A DNA stretch of 64,000 bases. It comes from Myxococcaceae bacterium (GTDB taxonomy: Bacteria > Myxococcota_A > Polyangia > Polyangiales > Ga0077539). The DNA is taken from positions 28,065 through 92,064 of the forward strand of contig SCUS01000095.1 in assembly GCA_004297725.1 (NCBI GenBank), written 5' to 3'. How positions within the stretch are numbered: position 1 is the stretch's first letter; each line of letters starts with the position of its first letter. Shown here one piece after another: positions 30,405 to 41,422 of the stretch. Both the position numbers and the translations under genes were made by a program. Under the pieces are notes generated by a model. That model was not told where the DNA came from and did no database searches. It worked only from the letters and a program-made list of their open reading frames with translations.

Positions 30405-31406
30405 TCAGTCCCGCTCGTGCCCCGCGGCGCGGGTCATGAGGTCGTGCATCGCGTCGCGCGGCGTCTTGTCGTGATAGAGCGCCAGGTAGACCTGCTCGGT
30501 GATGGGCATCGAGACGCCCTCGCGCTGCGCGAGGTCCCACGCGCTGCGGGCGGTGCGCACCCCCTCGGCGACCTGGCGCATCCCGCCGAGGATCTCCGTC
30601 AGCGACTTCCCCTGCCCCAGCTCGAAGCCCACGTGCCGGTTGCGCGACAGGTCGCCGGTGCAGGTGAGCACCAGGTCGCCCATGCCCGCGAGGCCCGCCA
30701 GCGTGAGGGCGTCGCCGCCCATCTTCATCGTCAACCGGGCGATCTCCGCGAGCCCTCGGGTGATCAGCGCCGCCCTCGTGTTGTGCCCGTAGCCGAGCCC
30801 GTCGCTCGCTCCCGCGGCGATGGCCACGACGTTCTTCAGCGCGCCGCCGACCTCCACCCCGACGACGTCGTCGCTCAGGTAGACGCGGAAGCGATCGTCG
30901 GTCCAGAAGGCCTCCTGCACCGCGCGGGCGAGGGCGAGGTCTCGCGCCGCGGCCACCACCACCGTCGGCAGCCCCGCGGCCACCTCGCGCGCGAACGACG
31001 GCCCCGACAGCGCCACGAAGGTCTTCTCCGACCACGGCACCTCCGCGGCGATCATCTCGTGCACGAACTCCAGCGAGTTCTGCTCGATGCCCTTGGTCGC
31101 GCTCACCAGCGGAATACCCCGGGGGATGAATCCAGCGCTCGCCCGCAGCACCTCGCGCAGGCCGTGGGTGGGCACCGCGACCAGCAGCATCTCCGCGCCG
31201 TCGAGGGCCTCGTCGAGCAGCGACGTCGCGCGCAGCGAGTCGGCGAAGCGCGCCCCCGGCAGGAAGGTCGCGTTCTCCCTCGTGGCCTGGATGGCCTCCG
31301 CGAGCTCCGGGCGGCGCCCCCAGAGCGCCACCGCGTGGCCGTTGTCCGCGAGCACCTTGGCCAGGGCGCTGCCCCAGCTTCCCGATCCGAGCACCGCGAT
31401 CTTCAT
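30405..31406 (-). CDS. gpsA: NAD(P)H-dependent glycerol-3-phosphate dehydrogenase
   Basis: MKIAVLGSGSWGSALAKVLADNGH...GALKNVVAIAAG...GDLVLTCTGDLSRNR. Confidence 0.9.
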   Translation of the reverse strand: MKIAVLGSGSWGSALAKVLADNGHAVALWGRRPELAEAIQATRENATFLPGARFADSLRATSLLDEALDGAEMLLVAVPTHGLREVLRASAGFIPRGIPLVSATKGIEQNSLEFVHEMIAAEVPWSEKTFVALSGPSFAREVAAGLPTVVVAAARDLALARAVQEAFWTDDRFRVYLSDDVVGVEVGGALKNVVAIAAGASDGLGYGHNTRAALITRGLAEIARLTMKMGGDALTLAGLAGMGDLVLTCTGDLSRNRHVGFELGQGKSLTEILGGMRQVAEGVRTARSAWDLAQREGVSMPITEQVYLALYHDKTPRDAMHDLMTRAAGHERD

Positions 31407-31456
31407 CCGTGAGCCTCCCTATGTGCCCCCGGACGGTAGCCCCCGCGCGGAGGGCT

Positions 31457-34273
31457 TTACAACGGCTCGCTGTCTCCGCGCCGCGACATCAGCCGAAGCC
31501 CGTTGCCCGGGTCGGCGACCAGCAGCGCCCACGGCTCGCTCGGCGACGCCGGCTCCACCGGGAACATCCGCAGGTTGCCCGCGCCGTCGCCGCTCAGCGT
31601 GAGCGTTCCGCCGAAGGTGCCGGTGCGCGCGTTGATGAGCGTGACCTGCGTCCGTCGGCCGACGGTGCCCACCGCGAGGTCGGGGACGTTGTCGCCGTCC
31701 AGGTCGCCGGAGAGCGCCACCGGCCAGCCGAAGGCCGTGCTCCGGTCGTGCCCCGGCGCGGAGACCGTGAGCAGCGGCGTGCCGTTGGCGCCGGAGAGCA
31801 CCACCACCGAGGCCGGGACGTCGTGCTGGTCGGTGCCCACGACGACGTCGCCGCGGTCATCGCCGTTGACGTCGACCCCGAGCGCCAGGCTCTGCGCGCT
31901 GCGCCCCACCCGTCGGCACGAGGGCTCGGGCCACACCTGCGCGCCGTTGGCGCCGGAGTAGAGCTGCACGCACCGCCGCGGGTCGGCGTTGCCCGCGGAG
32001 AGGCCCACCGGGCCGATGCCCATGACCACGTCGGGCACGCCGTCTTGCGTCGCGTCGGGGCCCACCGCGAGCCCGAGCTCGACGGGCTGCCCGATGCGGC
32101 CGAGCGGGCTGGAGCCGCTCACGCTCCAGAGCACCCGCTGGCGGCGCAGGCTCACCGCGCGCACCTGCGAGGGCGAGCCCGGACCGTCGGGCTCGGTGTA
32201 CACGATGGCCACCACGTCGCTGTCGGCGCCACGCAGCGAGAACCCGCCGCCCAGCGCGATGCCCCGGGCGCCCGGCACCGGGATGGTGCGCCACACCCGG
32301 AGCGAGCGGGAGTCGATCACCACGATGCCCGTCGCGTTCGCGGTGGTGGCCACCACGTCGTCGGTGCCGTCGTCGGTCACGTCGGGCACCACGCCCAGGT
32401 CGAAGCCGGCGCAGGCCACCACGCCGCGGAACGACCCCAGCGTGGGCCCGCCGTTGAGGGGGTGGATCACCACCGTGGGCCCCGCCTCGCCGCCCGGCAG
32501 GCAGCTCACGACGATGTGCTGCGCGCTCGACGGGCCGCTCACCGCGGCGTGGCGAGCGAAGTCGGAGAGCGCGTCGCTGCCCGCCATCCCGGCGCCGGGG
32601 CTGAAGGCCCGCAGCTGCTCGAGGTTGGAGGCGACGGGAGCGCCCGGAGCGGCGGACACGTCGGCGTGGTTCTCCGGCACCCGGGGGGGCTCGACGTGGG
32701 GCGTCGGCGCGGGCTGCTCGGGCCTCGGGGCTTCGTTCGGCCAGAGCGCGAAGACGACGCCGGCGAGCACCGCGGCGGCGCCGAGGGCCGCGCCGACCAG
32801 CATCGTCGGGGAGCGACCGCCGCCCGGCGTGGGAGGCGCCTGGAAGGTGCGCTGCGCCGCGCGAGCGACGGTGGGCGACTCTCCGCTCGGGGAGGGCTCT
32901 CCGCTCAGGCGATCGCCGCTGATGCGATCGCCGGGGGGCCGGGGCGCCGGATGGAGGTCGAGGTCGAAGCTGCTCGCGGGCGGCGGCAGCGACGGCAGGG
33001 CGGGCTCGGGCGACGGCCGCGGGGTGTTGGCCGAGACGCCGATCGGGCGCTCGTCCCTGCTCGAGGTGGCGCTGGCCTCGCGCCGCATCGCGCCGGAGCT
33101 CCGCGGCCCGGTGTCCTCCCGGGTCTTGGTGGCGTCGACCTCGACGACCCGCACCGCGCCCACGCCGGTGGCGCGCATGGGTCCGGGCTGCCCCATGGCG
33201 GGGGTAGGGCGCCGCAGCGAGGCCGCGAGGGTGCTCGCCCGCTCGGTGCGCCCGGGGGTGGTGCGGGAGCCGTTCGGGGTGGTCTCGCTCTTCGCGGGGG
33301 CGACCTTCTCGGCCGCGCGCTCGTCGCCCGCGGAGGGGAGCGTCTCCGGGGGCGGACGGCGCGGCGGGGTCGCGGTGGTCTTCGGTGTGGACTTCGAGGC
33401 GCGGACGGCGTCGGCGGCGTCGCGTGCCTTCTGCAGCGCCTCGGCCATCTCGTCGGCGCTGCGGTACCGCTGCTCGACCTCGCGGCTGAGGCTGCGCTCG
33501 ATCACGTCGCTGATGGCCTTCGGCACCAGGGGCTCGATGGAGTTCACCGCAGGCGCCGAGGTGGTCGCGATCTTCACCAGGATATCCGTGGTGGTCTCGC
33601 TCACGAAGGGCGTGTGCCCGACGAGGCACTCGAAGAGCACGATGCCCACGGACCAGAGGTCGCTCTCCGGCCCGACGTTGACGCCGCGGCTCTGCTCCGG
33701 GGACATGTACTCCGGCGTGCCGAGGATCATCCCCTGCTGCGTGAGCTTCTGCCCCCGCTGCGTGACGTGCGCGATGCCGAAGTCGAGCAGCTTCGCCTGG
33801 CTGCTGCCGTCGGGCTTGCGGACGATGTAGATGTTCCCGGGCTTGATGTCCCGGTGGATGATCTTGTTGCGGTGCGCCTCCGCGAGCGCGCTCAGCAGGT
33901 CGACGCCGATGGCGACGGTCTCGCCCCAGGTCAGCTTGCGCACCCGCGTGAGGGTGGTCTCCAGCGACTCTCCGTTGAGCAGCTCGAGCGCGATGTAGAC
34001 GGTGCCGTCGGGGTCGGTGCCGGCGTCGAAGACCTGCACGATGCCGTCGTGCCGGATGCGCGCCATCGCCCGCGCCTCCATCAGGAAGCGCTCGGTGATC
34101 TGCTCGGTCGTCGTCAGGTGCGGGTGCAGCAGCTTGAGCGCCACCTCCCGGCCGGTGACGTTGTGCACCGCCTCGAATACCGCGCTGAACCCGCCCTCCC
34201 CGAGCATCCTTCGGATCTCATACCGTCCGGCGACGGTGGTTCCGATGCGTTCACTGGGGGATAGGCTGGGCAT
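31457..34273 (-). CDS. Ser/Thr protein kinase with TM segment and C-terminal FG-GAP/integrin-alpha-like beta-propeller
   Basis: Kinase motifs are GEGGFSAV, VALK, HRDIKPGN, DFG and GTPEYMSPE. One TM segment (LVGAALGAAAVLAGVVFAL) follows a low-complexity linker. Repeats such as DVTDDGTDDVV, DVNGDDRGDVVVGT and GDLDGDNVPDLAVGT are present. Confidence 0.85.
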   Translation of the reverse strand: MPSLSPSERIGTTVAGRYEIRRMLGEGGFSAVFEAVHNVTGREVALKLLHPHLTTTEQITERFLMEARAMARIRHDGIVQVFDAGTDPDGTVYIALELLNGESLETTLTRVRKLTWGETVAIGVDLLSALAEAHRNKIIHRDIKPGNIYIVRKPDGSSQAKLLDFGIAHVTQRGQKLTQQGMILGTPEYMSPEQSRGVNVGPESDLWSVGIVLFECLVGHTPFVSETTTDILVKIATTSAPAVNSIEPLVPKAISDVIERSLSREVEQRYRSADEMAEALQKARDAADAVRASKSTPKTTATPPRRPPPETLPSAGDERAAEKVAPAKSETTPNGSRTTPGRTERASTLAASLRRPTPAMGQPGPMRATGVGAVRVVEVDATKTREDTGPRSSGAMRREASATSSRDERPIGVSANTPRPSPEPALPSLPPPASSFDLDLHPAPRPPGDRISGDRLSGEPSPSGESPTVARAAQRTFQAPPTPGGGRSPTMLVGAALGAAAVLAGVVFALWPNEAPRPEQPAPTPHVEPPRVPENHADVSAAPGAPVASNLEQLRAFSPGAGMAGSDALSDFARHAAVSGPSSAQHIVVSCLPGGEAGPTVVIHPLNGGPTLGSFRGVVACAGFDLGVVPDVTDDGTDDVVATTANATGIVVIDSRSLRVWRTIPVPGARGIALGGGFSLRGADSDVVAIVYTEPDGPGSPSQVRAVSLRRQRVLWSVSGSSPLGRIGQPVELGLAVGPDATQDGVPDVVMGIGPVGLSAGNADPRRCVQLYSGANGAQVWPEPSCRRVGRSAQSLALGVDVNGDDRGDVVVGTDQHDVPASVVVLSGANGTPLLTVSAPGHDRSTAFGWPVALSGDLDGDNVPDLAVGTVGRRTQVTLINARTGTFGGTLTLSGDGAGNLRMFPVEPASPSEPWALLVADPGNGLRLMSRRGDSEPL

Positions 34274-34295
34274 CGCTTGTAGAAGGCCTGCGATG

Positions 34296-36107
34296 CTACC
34301 CTACAGCCAAGCGGGACGTCACCTCTTCTCCCAATTCCGACATCCCCCTCTCTGTGTACCCGCGTAGGAAGTTTGACTCCCCGGCGTCGAGGAGCGCGAG
34401 GTCGATGAGCCGCCCGTCCAGCGGGGCGAAGGTCAGCGGCTCGACCTGGAGGAAGCCCGGGTGCGCCGCGTCGTCGCGGACGGTGCAGAGGTTCTCGATG
34501 CGCACCCCGCCGACGCCGTCGATGTAGAGCCCCGGCTCGATGGAGAACACGTGCCCCGGCTCGACGCTCGTGGTGGCGGTCTTGCCGATGGACGGGGGCG
34601 CCTCGTGGACGTTGATGCCGACGCCGTGGCCCGTGCCGTGGGCGTAGTCGAGGCCCTCGCTCCAGAGCGGCCGGCGGGTGATGCCGTCGATCTGCGCGCC
34701 CGACGCCCCGCGGGGAACCCGCGCGGTCATGCCCGCGATGGCGGACTTCAGGGTCAGCGTGTAGAGCCGCCGCTGCTCGGCGGTGGGCGCGTCGTCGGGG
34801 CCGCCCACGAAGAAGGTGCGGGTGAGGTCGGTGGCGAAGCCCTCCTCGAAGTAGCAGCCCGTGTCGAGCAGCATGAGCTGGCCCGGAGCGATGACGGCCT
34901 CGTCGCTCGGCGGGTGGTGCACCGAGGCGCCGTTGGTGCCGAAGGCCGAGATCACCTTGAACGACAGCCCCACCGCACCCGCCGCGCGGAACATCCGCTC
35001 GACCTGCGCGGCGAAGCCCACCTCGGTCACCCGCTCTCCGCGGCCCACCTGCTCGTTGAGCCACGCCTGCGCCCCGGCCACGACGCCGTCGGCCCGCCGG
35101 AGCGCGCGCTTCATCGCGGCGAGCTCGGCCTCGGTCTTCTTCGCCTTGGCGGCCACGATGGGCGAGGTCACCGCGAGCACGTCCATGCCCAGCGCCTCGA
35201 CCCGGTCGCGCATGCCCGCGGACACGCTCGCGGGGTCGAGCGCCACCCGGGGCTTCTTGCCCCCCGCGCTCATCGAGGAGAGGAGCTGCAGGAGGGCGTC
35301 GTCGTCGCAGAAGCGCACCGTCGGCCGGGCCGAGCGCACCGCGTCGGTCACCGGCGCGACGTGCACCGAGAGGTGGAGGGCGTCGCGGGTGACCAGGCCG
35401 AGGGCGCGGAAGGTCGCCTGGTAGGGCATCTCCTCGCCGCGAAGGTTGGAGAGCCACGCGAGCTCGTCGAGCTTCGTCACCAGCAGCGCGTCGGCGCGCT
35501 TCTGCGAGAGCCACGCGGCGACCAGCGCGACCTTCTCGTCGACGGTGCGCCCGAGGGAGGACTCGTCGACCACGCGCAGCCGGCCGGAGCCCGTGACCGT
35601 GGGCGCCACCGGGCCGCGGGCGTCGGCGACGGGCGAGGGGTCGAGCGGGACCCAGCGCACCGGGACGCCGGCGAGCTCGTTTCGAAAGGAGTTCCAGCCG
35701 TTGACGGAGTAGCGGCCGGGCTCGTAGCCGACGCTGAGCACCTGCGGGTCGGGGAGCGCCGAGGCCAGCTCGGTCAGCTTCGCCGCGCACGCGGACTCGT
35801 TGGCCACGCCGAGGGGGTTCTTCACGGCGGTCCAGCAGGAGGCGTCGAGCTCGCGGTCGGCCTGGACGTGGTAGCGCCCGTCGACGAAGAGCCACGCCTG
35901 CTCCTGCGAGACGAGGGCGTCTCCCAGGCTGCCGGTGAAGCCCGTGAGCCACACGCGCCCGCTCTCCGCCTCCGGAACATACTCGCTCAGGTAAGCGTCG
36001 GTGCCCCGCACCACCAGCGCGTCGACGCCCTTCGCGCGCATCGCCGCGCGCACCCGCTCCAACCGCCCAGCCATCTCCGAGGTGCTCATCGCCGGGGACG
36101 TTAGCAT
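34296..36107 (-). CDS. Xaa-Pro aminopeptidase (M24B, three-domain aminopeptidase P type)
   Basis: Creatinase_N-like N-terminal domains plus M24 metal ligands (LLDTGCYF..GFATDLTRT, HGTGHGVG, SIEPGLY, RIENL). The start is ATG 36107 or 36089; the upstream 170 aa of the track ORF are junk. Confidence 0.85.
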   Translation of the reverse strand: MLTSPAMSTSEMAGRLERVRAAMRAKGVDALVVRGTDAYLSEYVPEAESGRVWLTGFTGSLGDALVSQEQAWLFVDGRYHVQADRELDASCWTAVKNPLGVANESACAAKLTELASALPDPQVLSVGYEPGRYSVNGWNSFRNELAGVPVRWVPLDPSPVADARGPVAPTVTGSGRLRVVDESSLGRTVDEKVALVAAWLSQKRADALLVTKLDELAWLSNLRGEEMPYQATFRALGLVTRDALHLSVHVAPVTDAVRSARPTVRFCDDDALLQLLSSMSAGGKKPRVALDPASVSAGMRDRVEALGMDVLAVTSPIVAAKAKKTEAELAAMKRALRRADGVVAGAQAWLNEQVGRGERVTEVGFAAQVERMFRAAGAVGLSFKVISAFGTNGASVHHPPSDEAVIAPGQLMLLDTGCYFEEGFATDLTRTFFVGGPDDAPTAEQRRLYTLTLKSAIAGMTARVPRGASGAQIDGITRRPLWSEGLDYAHGTGHGVGINVHEAPPSIGKTATTSVEPGHVFSIEPGLYIDGVGGVRIENLCTVRDDAAHPGFLQVEPLTFAPLDGRLIDLALLDAGESNFLRGYTERGMSELGEEVTSRLAVG

Positions 36108-36212
36108 TGCCGACCCCGACGGATTCAGAGACCCGCCAGGGCTCCCGTGCGTCTGCACCGGGGCAGCGGCCGACCTCCGACCGCCGTCACCCGAAGAGGA
36201 GCACTGAAGCCG

Positions 36213-36482
36213 ATGTCGTTCAGCCGGGTTCGTTCGTTCGTCGTCGCAGCGGTCGTCACGGCGCTGATGGCGCCCTCCCTCGCGGGAGCGCAGCCCGCCG
36301 CGCCGCCCGCCCCCCCTCCCCGCGACCAGACCTTCACCTTCGGCGACCAGCTCGTGCAGTCGTCGCTGCGACGCCCCGACATGACCACCGCCCGAGGGAG
36401 GGTGCTGCGGTCGGGTCCGTCGCTGATCCGGCACCGGGCGCACTTCGTCCCGGAGATGCTCCGCTCGGTCGAGCGGCTGTAG
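36213..36482 (+). CDS. small secreted hypothetical protein (89 aa)
   Basis: ATG at 36213 is preceded by gaagaggag. MSFSRVRSFVVAAVVTALMAPSLAGA is a signal peptide. Confidence 0.45.
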   Translation: MSFSRVRSFVVAAVVTALMAPSLAGAQPAAPPAPPPRDQTFTFGDQLVQSSLRRPDMTTARGRVLRSGPSLIRHRAHFVPEMLRSVERL

Positions 36483-36486
36483 AAGC

Positions 36487-38160
<1,674 letters not shown>

Positions 38161-38314
38161 TCCCTTAAGGTCCGCCGGAACCGGTCGTCGGCGCGGGAGT
38201 GTACGACAGTCGACCGCGCGGAGGTACGAACCCCACCGCCGCCCTCTCCCCCATCACCGCGCCGTCGTGGCATCGTCGCCCGCGCGTCACCCCTCCATCA
38301 CCCCGGGACTCCCC

Positions 38315-40153
38315 ATGCGCCGGTCGCTCCTCCCCCGCCTCGCCGCCTCGACGGCCCTCGCGCTCGGCTGCGCGGCGCCCGCGCAGTTCTCCACCCCCGA
38401 CGCAGGCTCCCGCAGGGACGCCGCCGCCGCCCTCGACGGCGCCCCCGCCTGCGGCGCCTGCGCGGGCCGCAGCTACACCCCCTGCAACGCCGACGGCTCG
38501 CCGGGCGCCCCCGTCGCCTGCGAGGTCACCTGCGTCGCGGGTCACGGCTGCGTCACCTGCGTGCCCGGTCAGACCGTCTGCGTGGGCAACGACGTGCACC
38601 GCTGCGGCGACGACGGGCGCCCGCTCGCCGCCTCCCTCGAGACCTGCGACGTCGCCAACGCCATGCTCTGCCGCCAGGGCGCCTGCACCCCCGCCTGCCG
38701 CGTCGCCGAGAACCAGCCCTCCAACGTCGGCTGCGAGTTCTGGGCCGTGGACCTCGACCAGCAGGACGCCCTCAACGACCCCGCCAGCGCCCCCTGGGGC
38801 CTCGCCCTCTCCAACGTGGGCGAGTCGCCCGCCCGCGTGACCGTCGAGATCAACACCGCGCCCGTGGGGCAGCCCGTGCAGCTCATGACCGTCATCGAGG
38901 TCGTGGTGAGCCCCGGCAGCCTGCGCGCCGTGGGCCTTCCCACCCGAGAGCTCGACTGCGGCACCCGCCCCAACGACTACGCCTCGCCGGGCACCTGCCT
39001 CTCCTCCAACGCCTTCCGCGTGCGGTCGACCTCGCCCGTCATCGTCTACCAGTTCAACACCTTCGCGAACTCCTTCTCCAACGACGCGTCGCTGCTGCTC
39101 CCGGCGAGCTCCCTCGGTCGCTACTACCGCGCCCTCGGCTGGCCCGCCGGTCACCCCGCGCGCGTGCTCGGGCCCATCGTCGACCGCGCCTACGTCACCA
39201 TCGTGGGCGTGCGCCCCAACACCCGCGTCACCGTGCGCCCCACCTGGCGCATCCGCGGCAACCCCCCGGTCATGGCCGCCGGGCCGGGCGGAGAGATCGT
39301 CGCCACCCTCGGCCCCTTCGACGTGCTCAACCTCGAGACCGACGACGCCACCCTGCAGGAGGACTTCCGCACCGCCACCGACCTCAGCGGCACCTCGATC
39401 GTCGCCACCGAGCCCGTGTCGGTCTTCTCGGGCGTCGAGTCGGCCAGCGCCCCCGGAAGCGTGATCGAGATCCCCCCGCCCCCGGGCTCGGGCTCGGGCC
39501 AGAACTGCTGCCTCGACCACCTCGAGGAGCAGATGTTCCCCCTGGAGTCGATCGGCACCCGCTACGTGATTCCCCGCAGCCCCGTGCGCTCCACCACGGG
39601 CTACCGCGAGCCCGACATCCTCCGCTTCGTCGGCGCCGCCGAGCCCGCCACGGTCACCACCAACCTCCCCGCCCCCTTCGACTCCTTCACCCTCCGCCCC
39701 GGCGAGGTGCGCACCACCTGGACCCGCGACAACGCCATCGTCTCCTCCGACCGACCCGTCATCGTCGGGCAGATCCTCGTCAGCAACCAGCGCGTCGACG
39801 GCCAGTACCTCGGTGACCCCTCGCTCACCGTCTTCCCCCCGGTCGACCAGTATCGCTCGGACTACATCATCCTCACCCCGGGCTCGTGGACCCAGAGCTG
39901 GGGCGTCGTCGTCGCCGAGCCGGGCGCCCCCGTCACCCTCGACGGCGCGGTCCCCACCAACTGCATCACCGAGCCCGCAGGCACCCTCGCCGGCGTCGCC
40001 TACGAGACCCGTCGCTGCCCGCTCTCCGTGGGCGTGCACCGCCTCTCGGGCGAGCGCCCCTTCGGCGTCGTCGTCTACGGCTACGGCAGCGCTGGCTCCT
40101 ACGCCTTCGTGGGCGGCGCCGACGTGCGGCGCATCTACGACCCGCCGGGCTGA
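38315..40153 (+). CDS. lipoprotein with Cys-rich N-terminal module and IgGFc-binding-protein-N-like beta-helix domain
   Basis: ATG at 38315 gives MRRSLLPRLAASTALALGC (lipobox). The Cys-rich segment is CGACAGRSYTPC...CVTCVPGQTVCVGNDVHRCG. The C-terminal FGVVVYGYGSAGSYAFVGG is typical of the IgGFc_binding family as I recall it. Confidence 0.55.
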   Translation: MRRSLLPRLAASTALALGCAAPAQFSTPDAGSRRDAAAALDGAPACGACAGRSYTPCNADGSPGAPVACEVTCVAGHGCVTCVPGQTVCVGNDVHRCGDDGRPLAASLETCDVANAMLCRQGACTPACRVAENQPSNVGCEFWAVDLDQQDALNDPASAPWGLALSNVGESPARVTVEINTAPVGQPVQLMTVIEVVVSPGSLRAVGLPTRELDCGTRPNDYASPGTCLSSNAFRVRSTSPVIVYQFNTFANSFSNDASLLLPASSLGRYYRALGWPAGHPARVLGPIVDRAYVTIVGVRPNTRVTVRPTWRIRGNPPVMAAGPGGEIVATLGPFDVLNLETDDATLQEDFRTATDLSGTSIVATEPVSVFSGVESASAPGSVIEIPPPPGSGSGQNCCLDHLEEQMFPLESIGTRYVIPRSPVRSTTGYREPDILRFVGAAEPATVTTNLPAPFDSFTLRPGEVRTTWTRDNAIVSSDRPVIVGQILVSNQRVDGQYLGDPSLTVFPPVDQYRSDYIILTPGSWTQSWGVVVAEPGAPVTLDGAVPTNCITEPAGTLAGVAYETRRCPLSVGVHRLSGERPFGVVVYGYGSAGSYAFVGGADVRRIYDPPG

Positions 40154-40174
40154 GAGGGCCTGGGACGGCGCTGT

Positions 40175-41020
40175 CTAGAACGACCCGCAGAGCGGGCCGC
40201 AGGTCTCGGCGCAGGCGCCGCACGCGCACTCCGCCACGGCCGCGAAGCGCGGGTTGGAGAGGCAGGTCGCGTTGGGCGCGACGACGCACTGCAGGCACGC
40301 CGGGTCGGACGTGCACGCGTTGGCCTGCTCGGGGCACTCGGCGAACGCGCACTGCTGACACGCGGGGCTGACGACCCCGCCCGCGTCGCGCGGCGGCGGC
40401 GTGGCGGTGCATTGCCCGGAGGTCCACGCCCAGGGGGCGTCGCCGCAGGACCCGCCGATGGGGCCCGAGGACATGCCTCGCCAGCAGCGACCTCCGCACC
40501 AGCCGCACGACGAGCGGGCCGTGCAGTCGGAGCAGCTGGTGGCGCTGATGCACTCGTCGGCGGGCGAGCCGCTGTCCCTCGGCGGGGCGCCGGCGTCGGA
40601 GGGGGTCAGCACGCACGAGGCGTAGGCGTTGTACTGCCCCATGCACGCCGGGAAGGGGAACACCGTCGACGCCGAGCAGCTGGGCTCCGCCGTGCGCGTG
40701 CAGGCGTAGAGCGCGTTGGCGCTGGCCGCGCAGGCCTCGGGCGTCGACCCGATCGAGCGGGCGCACGTCATCAGGCAGGAGTTGAGGCCCGCGCCGGAGC
40801 AGCTGGGCTCGCCCGCGAGCGGCGCGCAGAGCTGCGCGCAGGTGAACGACAGCGTGCCCGAGGGGGTGCCGCCGGTGTCGCGGCCGGGGTTGGCGCCGCT
40901 GTCCCCGGTGGAGGTGGTGAGGCCGCCGCCGCCCCTCGCGCTGCAGGCCGCGAGCGCGGCCGCGAAGGCGAGCGCGCTGAGGCGGAGACGCGGGCGAAGC
41001 GGGGAGAGTCTGGAGTGCAT
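40175..41020 (-). CDS. Cys-rich lipoprotein (about 35 Cys)
   Basis: ATG at 41020 gives MHSRLSPLRPRLRLSALAFAAALAAC (lipobox). Many CxxC/CxC pairs are present (SCSDCTARSSCGWCGGRCW, CQQCAFAEC, CLQC, CACGACAETCGPLC). Confidence 0.6.
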   Translation of the reverse strand: MHSRLSPLRPRLRLSALAFAAALAACSARGGGGLTTSTGDSGANPGRDTGGTPSGTLSFTCAQLCAPLAGEPSCSGAGLNSCLMTCARSIGSTPEACAASANALYACTRTAEPSCSASTVFPFPACMGQYNAYASCVLTPSDAGAPPRDSGSPADECISATSCSDCTARSSCGWCGGRCWRGMSSGPIGGSCGDAPWAWTSGQCTATPPPRDAGGVVSPACQQCAFAECPEQANACTSDPACLQCVVAPNATCLSNPRFAAVAECACGACAETCGPLCGSF

Positions 41021-41422
41021 CGGGTCGTGCTCCGGAGGGGGGAAGCGGCGAAGGGCGGGCGTAACCCGAGCGTCGGGGCGTCGCAAGGGCGCGCCGGGAC
41101 GAAGGTCATCACCGTCGTCGTCGGCGCCCTACGAGTCGCCGCCGTACGACCCGCCAGTCCCCGAACCCCGATGGCGCTGTCCTGATGCATCGCCCGTTGC
41201 ATGTCGGCAGTGCCGAAGGAGCTGCACGTGAGCGCGCCCGTGCACGACCTGCCGATCTGCCGTCCCTCGGCGACCCGCGCGCCCTCGGTCACGGTGATGC
41301 GGTTGCAGGTGACAGAGGGTATGCGCGGGATGGCATCACCCGAGAGGGCTGTATGGAAAGCTCTGGAGGGGTTTTTATGGGGAGCCCGCCGCGACGATCC
41401 GACGCCGTGGTACAGATGCCGC

